A stretch of 64,000 bases of DNA from the NCBI GenBank assembly GCA_038527485.1, contig JBCBFT010000019.1:754-64753 (forward strand). Direction: 5' to 3'. This DNA is from Bacteroidota bacterium (lineage in GTDB: Bacteria; Bacteroidota; Bacteroidia; J057). How positions within the stretch are numbered: the first letter of the stretch is position 1; each line of letters begins with the position of its first letter. Made by a program: the position numbers and the translations under genes. The notes beneath the pieces are model-generated. The model worked only from the letters and a program-made list of their open reading frames with translations. It was not told the DNA's origin and searched no databases. This document shows positions 54,099 through 62,377 of this stretch, piece by piece.

Positions 54099-54112
54099 CA
54101 GACATCGGGGTT

Positions 54113-54997
54113 CTACTCCTCCTCCAGCATTGTTCGATACTTCTCAAATTCTACTTTTCGCTCATCCTTTACTTCAGGATAGTGCATATCGAGTTGTCGC
54201 ATATGCTGTAGGATCGTCTCGCATACGATGAGGCGCATATTCCGCTTATCATCAGCTGGTATCACATACCAAGGAGATTCTGGTGTAGCTGTAGCATTGA
54301 TACAATCCTCATAGGCAGTCTGATAAGCATCCCAATGCTGGCGTTCTTTTACATCGTGTTCAGAAAACTTCCAGTTTTTTGAAGGAGTATTCAAACGATC
54401 GAGGAATCGAGCTTTCTGTTCGTCCTTCGAGAGATGAAGGAAAAATTTGATGACTTGTGTGCCGTTTCGATGAAGGAAGGTTTCGAACTGTCGTATATCT
54501 TGATAACGCTGCTGCCAGACTTGATCGATATCTTGGATATGCTCTGCAGGGATGCGCTGTCCGTGCGTCAAAATCCCTGGATGAACCTTGACAACGAGTA
54601 CTTCTTCATAATAAGAGCGATTGAAAATGCCGATTTTTCCACGTTGAGGCAGCCGCTTAGTTGTACGCCAGAGGTAGTCGTGTTCGAGCTCCTCTTCGCT
54701 CGGTTTTTTGAAGGCATGAACCACCACACCATGTGGATTAATGCCTGACATGACCCTCCGAATCGTCCCATCTTTTCCTGCAGCATCCATCGCTTGAAAG
54801 ACCAATAAAAGCGAATATTTATTGTGAGCATACATCATATTTTGGAGGTCATCTATCTCGTTTTGATAGTCTTCCAACAAGCGCTTATAGTCTTTTTTAT
54901 TTTCGTAAAACGGGGTGGTTTGGGTAGAGCGTTTACCTACCTTAAAAGCTTCACTTCCATCCAAGCGAAATGGGGCGAGTGGTATTTTTATGTTCAT
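54113..54997 (-). CDS. Polyphosphate kinase 2 (PPK2) family polyphosphate:nucleotide phosphotransferase
   Basis: LLLVFQAMDAAGKDGTIR is the Walker A-like motif. HDYLWRTTKRLPQRGKIGIFNRSYYEEVLVVKVH. 294 aa, one PPK2 domain. Confidence 0.85.
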   Translation of the reverse strand: MNIKIPLAPFRLDGSEAFKVGKRSTQTTPFYENKKDYKRLLEDYQNEIDDLQNMMYAHNKYSLLLVFQAMDAAGKDGTIRRVMSGINPHGVVVHAFKKPSEEELEHDYLWRTTKRLPQRGKIGIFNRSYYEEVLVVKVHPGILTHGQRIPAEHIQDIDQVWQQRYQDIRQFETFLHRNGTQVIKFFLHLSKDEQKARFLDRLNTPSKNWKFSEHDVKERQHWDAYQTAYEDCINATATPESPWYVIPADDKRNMRLIVCETILQHMRQLDMHYPEVKDERKVEFEKYRTMLEEE

Positions 54998-55357
54998 AAA
55001 AAGGATTAAAATTTAGGCTTAAGGACAAAAAAATCGACTAAAAATTGAAGAATTTCAGCCAATTTTTCTTGTCAGGAATTTGTTCATGCAAGAGAGAAAC
55101 GTGTGCTTTTAGACGATTTTGCATCAATACATGTAAATATGAAATTACATTTATGTTAATGATTATCAAGGGCCATTCTCACTTTTATGAAAAAACTCAG
55201 GCTTTCTCCTTGACATATTTGAATGTTTTTGTTTAGCTTTAAATTAAATTACTTAAACAGAATAGAAGCGCAAGCAATAAACTGCCCGAGTATTAGTTAT
55301 TTGTGATATATAAAATGTTCTATATATAGCCTTGATTAGTAGCTATTTATGAATACA

Positions 55358-55388
55358 ATTCTTATATTCGAGAAAATAATATAAGAAT
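55358..55388. promoter_or_regulatory. 11-bp perfect inverted repeat ~130 nt upstream of the rhodopsin ATG, a candidate regulator-binding site
   Basis: ATTCTTATATT-cgagaaaat-AATATAAGAAT. It extends imperfectly to GAATACAATTCTTATATT/AATATAAGAATATTC. Confidence 0.35.
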
Positions 55389-55508
55389 ATTCACTTTTCT
55401 TCAACCTTTTTATTGTTGCGCTGTTTTGGCTATATTGATAAACGAAAAGATACTTAATAAGGCACGATTATTACATTACATATTTGTTAACCAACATCAC
55501 ACGTTATT

Positions 55509-56294
55509 ATGGATACTTTAAATTTCATCAGCTCGTTGTTAGCTGATCTTGGTAAAGGTGATGCTGTCGGCTTCACATTCTTTACAGGTTACATGTCAAT
55601 GTTTGCCGCTTCAGTGTTCTTTTTCTTTGAGCGTGGTCAAGTAGATGGAAAGTGGAAGACTTCACTTCTCGTTTCTGGTTTGATCACAATGATTGCTGCT
55701 GTACACTATTTCTACATGCGCGATTATTACCTCGAAGTATCAGCCGCTGCTGCTGAGGCTGGACGTGAACTAACGTTTGGAGAGTCTTCTCCTACTCAGT
55801 TCCGTTACATCGACTGGACACTGACTGTACCTTTGATGTGTGTAGAGTTCTTCTTGCTTCTTAAGCCTTATGGTGCTACTCAGGGTCTGATGTGGCGTCT
55901 GATTGGCTACAGTGTAGTGATGCTTGTTGCAGGGTATATTGGAGAGGCTATCCAGCCTGACCAGACGATCCTTTGGGGTATCATTTCTACACTAGGATAC
56001 GTAGGTATCGTATACGAAGCACAGTTTGGATCTGTGAAGAAGCTTGCCGACGCTTCTAACAACCCTGATGTATCTACAGCTGTACGTCTTCTCCGCAACT
56101 TCGTACTGGTTGGATGGGCAATCTACCCAATCGGTTACATGTTGATGCCAGGCAACTTGCTTGACGGAGTAGCTTTGAACATCGATTTGATCTACAACAT
56201 CGGTGACGCTGTAAACAAAATCGGATTTGGTTTGGTAGTCTACTCTGTAGCTATCTCTTCTACTAAGCGCGAGCGCGAAGCTGCTGCTGCATAA
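55509..56294 (+). CDS. Microbial rhodopsin, proteorhodopsin clade, predicted outward H+ pump (DTE motif)
   Basis: FRYIDWTLTVPLMCVEF gives D102/T106/E113 (equivalent to PR D97/T101/E108) and M110 at the spectral-tuning site (PR 105). H66 lies in AAVHYFYMR. GWAIYPIGY is present. The counterion and Schiff-base lysine are in GDAVNKIGFG (D233, K237). Seven TM segments, 261 aa, no cleavable signal peptide. Confidence 0.95.
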   Translation: MDTLNFISSLLADLGKGDAVGFTFFTGYMSMFAASVFFFFERGQVDGKWKTSLLVSGLITMIAAVHYFYMRDYYLEVSAAAAEAGRELTFGESSPTQFRYIDWTLTVPLMCVEFFLLLKPYGATQGLMWRLIGYSVVMLVAGYIGEAIQPDQTILWGIISTLGYVGIVYEAQFGSVKKLADASNNPDVSTAVRLLRNFVLVGWAIYPIGYMLMPGNLLDGVALNIDLIYNIGDAVNKIGFGLVVYSVAISSTKREREAAAA

Positions 56295-56328
56295 GAAGGT
56301 TAACCGAAACGGTTATTATGGACTAGAA

Positions 56329-56358
56329 GGCTCCGGTTTGGTCCGGGGCCTTTCTTTT
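56329..56358 (+). terminator. Rho-independent terminator after the rhodopsin gene
   Basis: GGCTCCGG-tttggt-CCGGGGCC (one G-U pair) followed by TTTCTTTT. A smaller hairpin, TAACCG-aaa-CGGTTA, lies at 56300-56314. Confidence 0.7.
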
Positions 56359-56429
56359 ACCCGCTTCTCTCACCTGTTCGATGGCTGCTGCCATCCCTCT
56401 ATCAGTATCATCTTCCAAACCTCTCGCTC

Positions 56430-57650
56430 ATGCACAAGGACTACGATTATATCATAGCTGGAGGAGGCTGTGCTGGTCTCAGTCTGGCCTATTACCTCAG
56501 CCAGAGCCGCCTTCAACATAAGCGCATTCTGATCCTGGATACCGAACCCAAAACCAGAAATGATAAGACATGGTGCTTCTGGTCAGATGATCCTGAAGAG
56601 ATTTATACCCAATCCCAAGTAAGCTGGTCCACCCTAAATGTTCACACCAACGAGGGAGACTACCAGCAATTCATTGGACCCTTTTCCTACAACTTCGTAA
56701 GCAGTCTGGATTTTTATCAGGAAAAATACGAAGCCATCAAGAAACTCCCGCAAATAGAGTTTGTCTATGAGCGTGTCCTGGCACTAGAGCCCCTACCCGA
56801 TGGGGGGAAAGTTGTCACAGACAAAGGAACTTATACCGCCTCTTATATCTTCAATAGCGTTTTATTTCCTCCCCAAAGACAGAAGGAAAGAGAGATCTTC
56901 CTCAAGCAGCACTTCTATGGATGGTATATACAGACAAAACAATCCTTTTTTAATCCCGAGGAAATGATCTTGATGGATTTTCGTATCCCCCAAGATGAAG
57001 ATGTACGCTTTGTATATGTACTCCCTGTCTCAGAAAATAAAGCACTCATCGAGTTTACCATCTTCTCTGAAGAAGAATGGGACAAAGAAACCTACAAAAA
57101 ACACCTGGAATCCTACCTCCAAACGTACTTCCCTACGTTAGAATTTGAAATCGATAGTGAAGAAATTGGCGTAATTCCGATGACGAATCGTCGATTCAAA
57201 CGCAAATTGAGCGAGCACATCATCAATATCGGCACCGCAGGTGGCGCGACGAAAGCCACCACAGGATACACGTTTCGACGTATTCAAAAGGAAGCCCAAG
57301 CGATTGTCAAGAGCCTAGAGGAAAAGGATAAACTAGAGTTACTCCCAGCGTCTTCTTTTAGATTTAAAGTATACGACAACCTCCTGCTATATATCATTCT
57401 GAAAAGAGGACATCTCGTCAGGATGATATTTGATCGCTTGTATAGAAGAAATGACTTTCGGACGATCTTACGTTTCCTCGAGGAGTCGACTAAGTTTCAT
57501 GAAGAACTTTGGCTCATGATCCGTCTTCCTTGGGCCCCTTTCTTAAGATCGATCAAAGACTATTATATCCTTCGTAAGCCTTTACCTAAAGCACCTATCC
57601 GATCCAGAAAAGCTGGTATGCATGAATCTAAGTTATCCTCAGACATATAG
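56430..57650 (+). CDS. crtY: Lycopene beta-cyclase (CrtY type)
   Basis: YDYIIAGGGCAGLSLAYYL is the FAD dinucleotide fold. 406 aa, with IGTAGGATKATTGYTF near the C-terminal third, and located directly upstream of blh. Confidence 0.8.
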   Translation: MHKDYDYIIAGGGCAGLSLAYYLSQSRLQHKRILILDTEPKTRNDKTWCFWSDDPEEIYTQSQVSWSTLNVHTNEGDYQQFIGPFSYNFVSSLDFYQEKYEAIKKLPQIEFVYERVLALEPLPDGGKVVTDKGTYTASYIFNSVLFPPQRQKEREIFLKQHFYGWYIQTKQSFFNPEEMILMDFRIPQDEDVRFVYVLPVSENKALIEFTIFSEEEWDKETYKKHLESYLQTYFPTLEFEIDSEEIGVIPMTNRRFKRKLSEHIINIGTAGGATKATTGYTFRRIQKEAQAIVKSLEEKDKLELLPASSFRFKVYDNLLLYIILKRGHLVRMIFDRLYRRNDFRTILRFLEESTKFHEELWLMIRLPWAPFLRSIKDYYILRKPLPKAPIRSRKAGMHESKLSSDI

Positions 57651-58563
57651 GACGATACTTTTCCTAACTATTCTATTGGGGACTGTTGCGCTTTCTTTGG
57701 ACCTGGGTTCATGGGAAGTAGGCATTTTCATCTTTTTCATGGTAGCTACAGGCATTCCGCATGGCGCAACAGACCATGTAGTCGATCGACATGTACAACA
57801 GGTAAACGGGCAAAAGTTCCACTGGGGAAGATTCTTATTCTATTACCTCGGTGCGATTCTGTTATATTCCCTTTGCTGGATCTTTCTCCCTCTTTTGAGT
57901 TTGGTCATCTTCCTTCTGATTTCGGCGTTTCATTTTGGTCAAAGTCAGTTACTACCGATGAGAATTGCGACAAACTCACCCTTTCGGCCTTTCCTGTATA
58001 TTTTGTGGGGGGGAATAGTCCTATGGGCAATCGTTGGATTTCATCCTGAAGCAAGCGGAGAAATATTAGGATCTTTGTTTGGAAGTGAAAATATCCACTG
58101 GGATATCTCGCTCGTGTATATGACCCTTGCTCCTGCATTTATCCTATGGTTTGTCCTGATGGTAACAGTCAGTCTACGAGATGCGCTCTCGATTAAATCG
58201 CTGGCTTGGGAGACCTTCAATTTGGTCCTACTTATTGCCATGAGCCATGAGCTTTCTCTCCTTATGAGCTTTGCCATTTATTTTGGACTTTGGCATTCTA
58301 TTGCCTCTATCTCCCATGAGATACACATCTTTAGGAAAGCGCACCCCCAGTTTTCTTGGAAATCATTTGTTCAAGATGCACTTCCATTCTCCTTGATTAG
58401 TTTTGGTGGTATCGCATTCTTATTATTCATCGCCCAAAGTATTCAGTCCTATATTTCTCCCTACCTCCTTTTCTTTATCGCCATATCTGTCCTGACTTTG
58501 CCTCACATGGTATTTATGGATCGGTTTTATCGCTTGCCCACCAAACAATCTTTGCCAGCCTAA
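57622..58563 (+). CDS. blh: Brp/Blh-family beta-carotene 15,15'-dioxygenase (retinal synthase)
   Basis: A polytopic membrane protein with the conserved His set: GIPHGATDH, SAFHFGQS, GLWHSIASISHE and LPHMVFMD. Its ATG overlaps the crtY 3' end by 29 nt. Confidence 0.88.
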   Translation: MNLSYPQTYRTILFLTILLGTVALSLDLGSWEVGIFIFFMVATGIPHGATDHVVDRHVQQVNGQKFHWGRFLFYYLGAILLYSLCWIFLPLLSLVIFLLISAFHFGQSQLLPMRIATNSPFRPFLYILWGGIVLWAIVGFHPEASGEILGSLFGSENIHWDISLVYMTLAPAFILWFVLMVTVSLRDALSIKSLAWETFNLVLLIAMSHELSLLMSFAIYFGLWHSIASISHEIHIFRKAHPQFSWKSFVQDALPFSLISFGGIAFLLFIAQSIQSYISPYLLFFIAISVLTLPHMVFMDRFYRLPTKQSLPA

Positions 58564-58653
58564 GTTTTTACAGACAGCTTCTAGGGGTAGTACACATTTA
58601 TCTGTGTATGAGCCTACCTACTTTTTGTACATCAATCCCAAAAGACTACTTAT

Positions 58654-59958
58654 ATGAGCGAGCGTTATGCGGCATTTTGGTTTCGTAGAGATCTGCGTTT
58701 AGACGACAATCATGGACTTTTCCGTGCATTGACTTCGGGAGATCCTGTGATCCCTGTATTTATTTTCGATCGAAACATCTTGGATGAGTTGCCGCGCCGA
58801 GACGCCCGTGTACAGTTTCTTCATCAGGCTCTGCACGAGATGCAGCAACATCTCGCCCAACTAGGCAGTACCCTCCATGTGGTCTACGGTAAGCCCATGG
58901 AGGTTTGGGATCAACTGATCCAACAGTACCCCATCAACACTGTGTATACCAATCATGACTATGAGCCTTATGCCAAAGCTCGTGACGGAGAGCTGGCAGC
59001 ATTTTTAGAGGGCAAAGGAATCGCATTTCAAACGTTCCAAGATCAAGTTATCTTTGAAAAGGAGTCTGTACTGAGCAATAGCGACAAGCCTTACTCTGTA
59101 TTTACCCCTTACTCCAAGAAATGGCGGGCCCAGCTGACCCCTGATCATTTTAATCCTTATGACAGTGAGGGGCAGCAGGCAAATTATTGGAAGCACGAAG
59201 CAATAGCCATTCCTACGCTAGAGGAGATGGGATTTGAAGAAACCGCTATTTCTTTTCCTTCCAAGGTGCCAGATACCGATATCATCAAGGTATATGAGGA
59301 AAAACGCAATTTTCCTGCTCAAAAAGGCACGACGCATATAGGGATACATCTTCGCTTCGGGACAATCAGCGTTCGTAGGCTAGGCAAAATTGCGCAGGAC
59401 CTGAGTTTTACTTACCTGAACGAGTTAATATGGAGAGAATTTTACATGCAAATTCTGTGGAATTTTCCCCATGTTGCAGAAGGTCCTTTCAGGCCGCAAT
59501 ATGCAGCCATTCCTTGGAGGGACAGTGAGGCGGACTTTGAAAAATGGAAGACAGGTCAGACAGGATACCCGATCGTAGATGCAGGCATGCGTGAGTTGAA
59601 TGAGACGGGGTATATGCACAATCGCGTGCGAATGATCACGGCGAGCTTCCTTACCAAGCATCTTCTGATCAACTGGCAGTGGGGTGAGGCATATTTCGCA
59701 GAAAAATTATTGGATTTTGAGTTGTCTTCCAATAACGGAGGATGGCAATGGGCTTCGGGATCTGGTACGGACGCTGCTCCTTATTTTAGAATCTTTAACC
59801 CAGAGTCACAGATTAAGAAATTCGACCCTCAGATGCGTTATGTGCGGAAATGGGTACCCGAGTATGGAACTCCCGCTTATGCGCGTGAAATGGTAAATCA
59901 CAAGGAAGCGAGAGAGAGATGTTTGACTACTTACAAAAAAGCTTTAGATCAAAGTTAA
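58654..59958 (+). CDS. Photolyase/cryptochrome family flavoprotein (class I CPD photolyase or CRY-DASH-like)
   Basis: FWFRRDLRLDDNHGL, TGYPIVDAGMRELNETGYMHNRVRMITASFLTKHL and NNGGWQWASGSGTDAAPYFRIFNP. Confidence 0.9.
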   Translation: MSERYAAFWFRRDLRLDDNHGLFRALTSGDPVIPVFIFDRNILDELPRRDARVQFLHQALHEMQQHLAQLGSTLHVVYGKPMEVWDQLIQQYPINTVYTNHDYEPYAKARDGELAAFLEGKGIAFQTFQDQVIFEKESVLSNSDKPYSVFTPYSKKWRAQLTPDHFNPYDSEGQQANYWKHEAIAIPTLEEMGFEETAISFPSKVPDTDIIKVYEEKRNFPAQKGTTHIGIHLRFGTISVRRLGKIAQDLSFTYLNELIWREFYMQILWNFPHVAEGPFRPQYAAIPWRDSEADFEKWKTGQTGYPIVDAGMRELNETGYMHNRVRMITASFLTKHLLINWQWGEAYFAEKLLDFELSSNNGGWQWASGSGTDAAPYFRIFNPESQIKKFDPQMRYVRKWVPEYGTPAYAREMVNHKEARERCLTTYKKALDQS

Positions 59959-60079
59959 AAAAAGTTGATCATTTTCTTAACTTTTTTGTATCTAGCGTGT
60001 TACTAAAGAACCGTTCAACATTGAACGTCTGAGAATTGACATTAAGAATTGGTTGTATATTGGTTTCATAATGGTGAGG

Positions 60080-60101
60080 CCCCGCTTAGGCGGGGTTTTT
60101 T
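60080..60101 (+). terminator. Rho-independent terminator 120 nt after the photolyase stop
   Basis: CCCCGC-ttag-GCGGGG followed by TTTTTTGTTTTT. Confidence 0.85.
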
Positions 60102-60125
60102 GTTTTTCGGCTCTTTTGTACCTTG

Positions 60126-61655
60126 ATGTCACCCTATGAATTCCCAAACCTCTTCTTCAGCATGCCTTCTTCACGCGGATTTGATATTTCTCTTCGTAGA
60201 CTCGCTAGGCGTACACTCCTGTATCTCGGGCTCCCGCACGCCATTTTCTTCGCGACATGGTTAAAGCTCCCTTTTGCCGTTGTGTTAGGCTTATGTCTGG
60301 TCGGTGGGATCTATCTCGCCATGAAGACCACTCAAAGAATCTCTATTTCTTTCCCAAGTAAATGGAACTATCGCTTTTTGATCCTCGTGTCTCCCTTATT
60401 TGCCTTGGCAATCGGTATAGGGATGGGACAGTGGCTCACACCCCATATGCATTATTTATGGCACAACCATCTCTGGCAGGATTTGGTGAGACTGCCCTGG
60501 CCGATCCGTTATGAGGACGGACAAATGTTGGTGCATCCAGTAGGTTATTTTCTCCCATCAGCCTGGGCGGGGAAGGTGCTGCATCCGATCATTCAGGTCA
60601 TTGTGGAGTTTTGGTGGGGCATCTATGGGATCAGCCTTGTCATTTTGTGGATGGGCGCTACTTTTCCACAGAAAACGTATCGAGCCATTGGGATTTTCAT
60701 GCTCTTTGGTGGAGTAGAAATCATCGGAAGATGGCTTTTGGGGCAGCCTCTATGGGACTTATCTTGGGAACCACTGGCAGAAGGTCAGGTTCCCTCCATG
60801 TTTCTAAGTGTATATGACCGATTTGCTGTCTGGCCAGGGCAAAGTCTAGCAGCCTTTTTCCTCGCTACGCTCCTCTACCACCAATGGAAAGATCGCTTAT
60901 CCCTTGAAATCTGTTTGATGGGATGGGGGATGAGCTTTTTATGGTCATGGTGGGTAGCATTGGGGGCGCTTCCCCTACTGATTTTTGTAGTTTGGCACAC
61001 AGCCACACACAAATGGTCCCTTTGGGCAGTAGGCATTGTCTCTTGCATATTGGGAATAGTCATGATGGCTTTTGCATGGCCACAAATTCAAAACCTGCCT
61101 ACAGCTCCCATATCTTATTTTCAGGTTGCGCTTTGGCTTATGCTGCTGCTGCTACTGCCCGTTCAGCTTTTGATCCTGCACAAAATCCAACTAAAAGAGA
61201 ATATATGGTGGATCAGAATGATCGGGATTGTGCCCGCAGCAGGTCTTTTGCTAACCAGCGCCGTAGGGTTAAATATAGAAATTGTCATCGCCTTGGGAGC
61301 CGTGCCTTTCTTTTTATTGACCTATGAGATCGTGGACGCCTTGCTTTCTATCCAACAATCTAAGATGTGGCTTCAGGTATGCCTAAATGTACTTGTTTTG
61401 ATGGGGATGGTGGTTCCTGCTTATCATTTATACAGACAGATTCACTTGACGAGATATCCTCACCTACAAGTGTATGATCCCAATCCCCTCTTTTCCCTGG
61501 ATTTGTCCCAGATTCCCGTGATATACATAATCAAAGATTTACCTCCAGATATGGATCGCAGTCCTTATTATTTGGCCCCTCCTCAAGGAATTTTCTCCGA
61601 ACTACTTGCAAAAGACCTCCCTGCTCGTAAAAAAATGGATTCAGAGAAACCATAG
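60126..61655 (+). CDS. Large polytopic integral membrane protein (~12 or more TM), hypothetical
   Basis: Hydrophobic helices run throughout and the protein is Trp-rich. No catalytic motif was recognised. The ATG is at 60126, with a TTG at 60123. Confidence 0.55.
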   Translation: MSPYEFPNLFFSMPSSRGFDISLRRLARRTLLYLGLPHAIFFATWLKLPFAVVLGLCLVGGIYLAMKTTQRISISFPSKWNYRFLILVSPLFALAIGIGMGQWLTPHMHYLWHNHLWQDLVRLPWPIRYEDGQMLVHPVGYFLPSAWAGKVLHPIIQVIVEFWWGIYGISLVILWMGATFPQKTYRAIGIFMLFGGVEIIGRWLLGQPLWDLSWEPLAEGQVPSMFLSVYDRFAVWPGQSLAAFFLATLLYHQWKDRLSLEICLMGWGMSFLWSWWVALGALPLLIFVVWHTATHKWSLWAVGIVSCILGIVMMAFAWPQIQNLPTAPISYFQVALWLMLLLLLPVQLLILHKIQLKENIWWIRMIGIVPAAGLLLTSAVGLNIEIVIALGAVPFFLLTYEIVDALLSIQQSKMWLQVCLNVLVLMGMVVPAYHLYRQIHLTRYPHLQVYDPNPLFSLDLSQIPVIYIIKDLPPDMDRSPYYLAPPQGIFSELLAKDLPARKKMDSEKP

Positions 61656-61705
61656 CCTGATTCTAAAAGTTTATCTGATTAACTTGCCGTTCTAATGATT
61701 AGCGA

Positions 61706-62377
61706 ATGCATCCAGGGAAAAAAGCTGCTGGCGAATATGCCGCTTCCTTTGTAGAGTCAGGAATGAAGGTGGGATTGGGAACAGGTTCGACCGCCTATTA
61801 TGCCATTAAAAAGTTGGGGGAACGCGTACGCGGAGGCCTTGTCATCACGGGTTATCCGACCTCTCGCGCGACAGAAGCACTAGCAAGAGAAGAAGGAATC
61901 CCCCTAGGAGACCTGACGAAGGTAGACCGTCTGGACGTGACCATTGACGGAGCGGATGAGTTTGACCCTCAGTTAGACTTGATCAAAGGAGGAGGTGGTG
62001 CGCTATTTAGAGAAAAAGTTGTGGCTTCCCTTTCAGATACTTTCTTGGTTGTTGTAGATGAGGCCAAAAAGGTAGATACGCTAGGAGCTTTTGCGCTGCC
62101 TGTGGAGGTGGTTCCCTTCGCTTGGGAGATTACACAAAGAAGAATCGAGGCATTGGGGGTCCGCACGACGCTGAGGCAATCGGATAATCAGCCCTTTGTG
62201 ACTGATAATGCCAACTACATACTCGATTGTCATTTTGGTACCATCGAGCATCCTGCCAGGCTCCATGCTACGCTCATTGATCTGATTGGGGTTGTCGAGA
62301 CAGGCTTATTTATCCAAATGGCGGATAAAGTGATGGTAGGATATCAAAATGGAGAGATAGAAGAAATTGTGAAATGA
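61706..62377 (+). CDS. rpiA: Ribose-5-phosphate isomerase A
   Basis: VGLGTGSTAYYAI, TIDGADEFD and IKGGGGALFREKV. Confidence 0.9.
   Translation: MHPGKKAAGEYAASFVESGMKVGLGTGSTAYYAIKKLGERVRGGLVITGYPTSRATEALAREEGIPLGDLTKVDRLDVTIDGADEFDPQLDLIKGGGGALFREKVVASLSDTFLVVVDEAKKVDTLGAFALPVEVVPFAWEITQRRIEALGVRTTLRQSDNQPFVTDNANYILDCHFGTIEHPARLHATLIDLIGVVETGLFIQMADKVMVGYQNGEIEEIVK

Noticed and set aside
55045-55236. The 63-aa ORF in the AT-rich rhodopsin leader
   Set aside because: The region is about 25-30% GC, where ORFs arise by chance. The Cys/Phe/Ile-rich translation has no features, and I interpret the region as regulatory.
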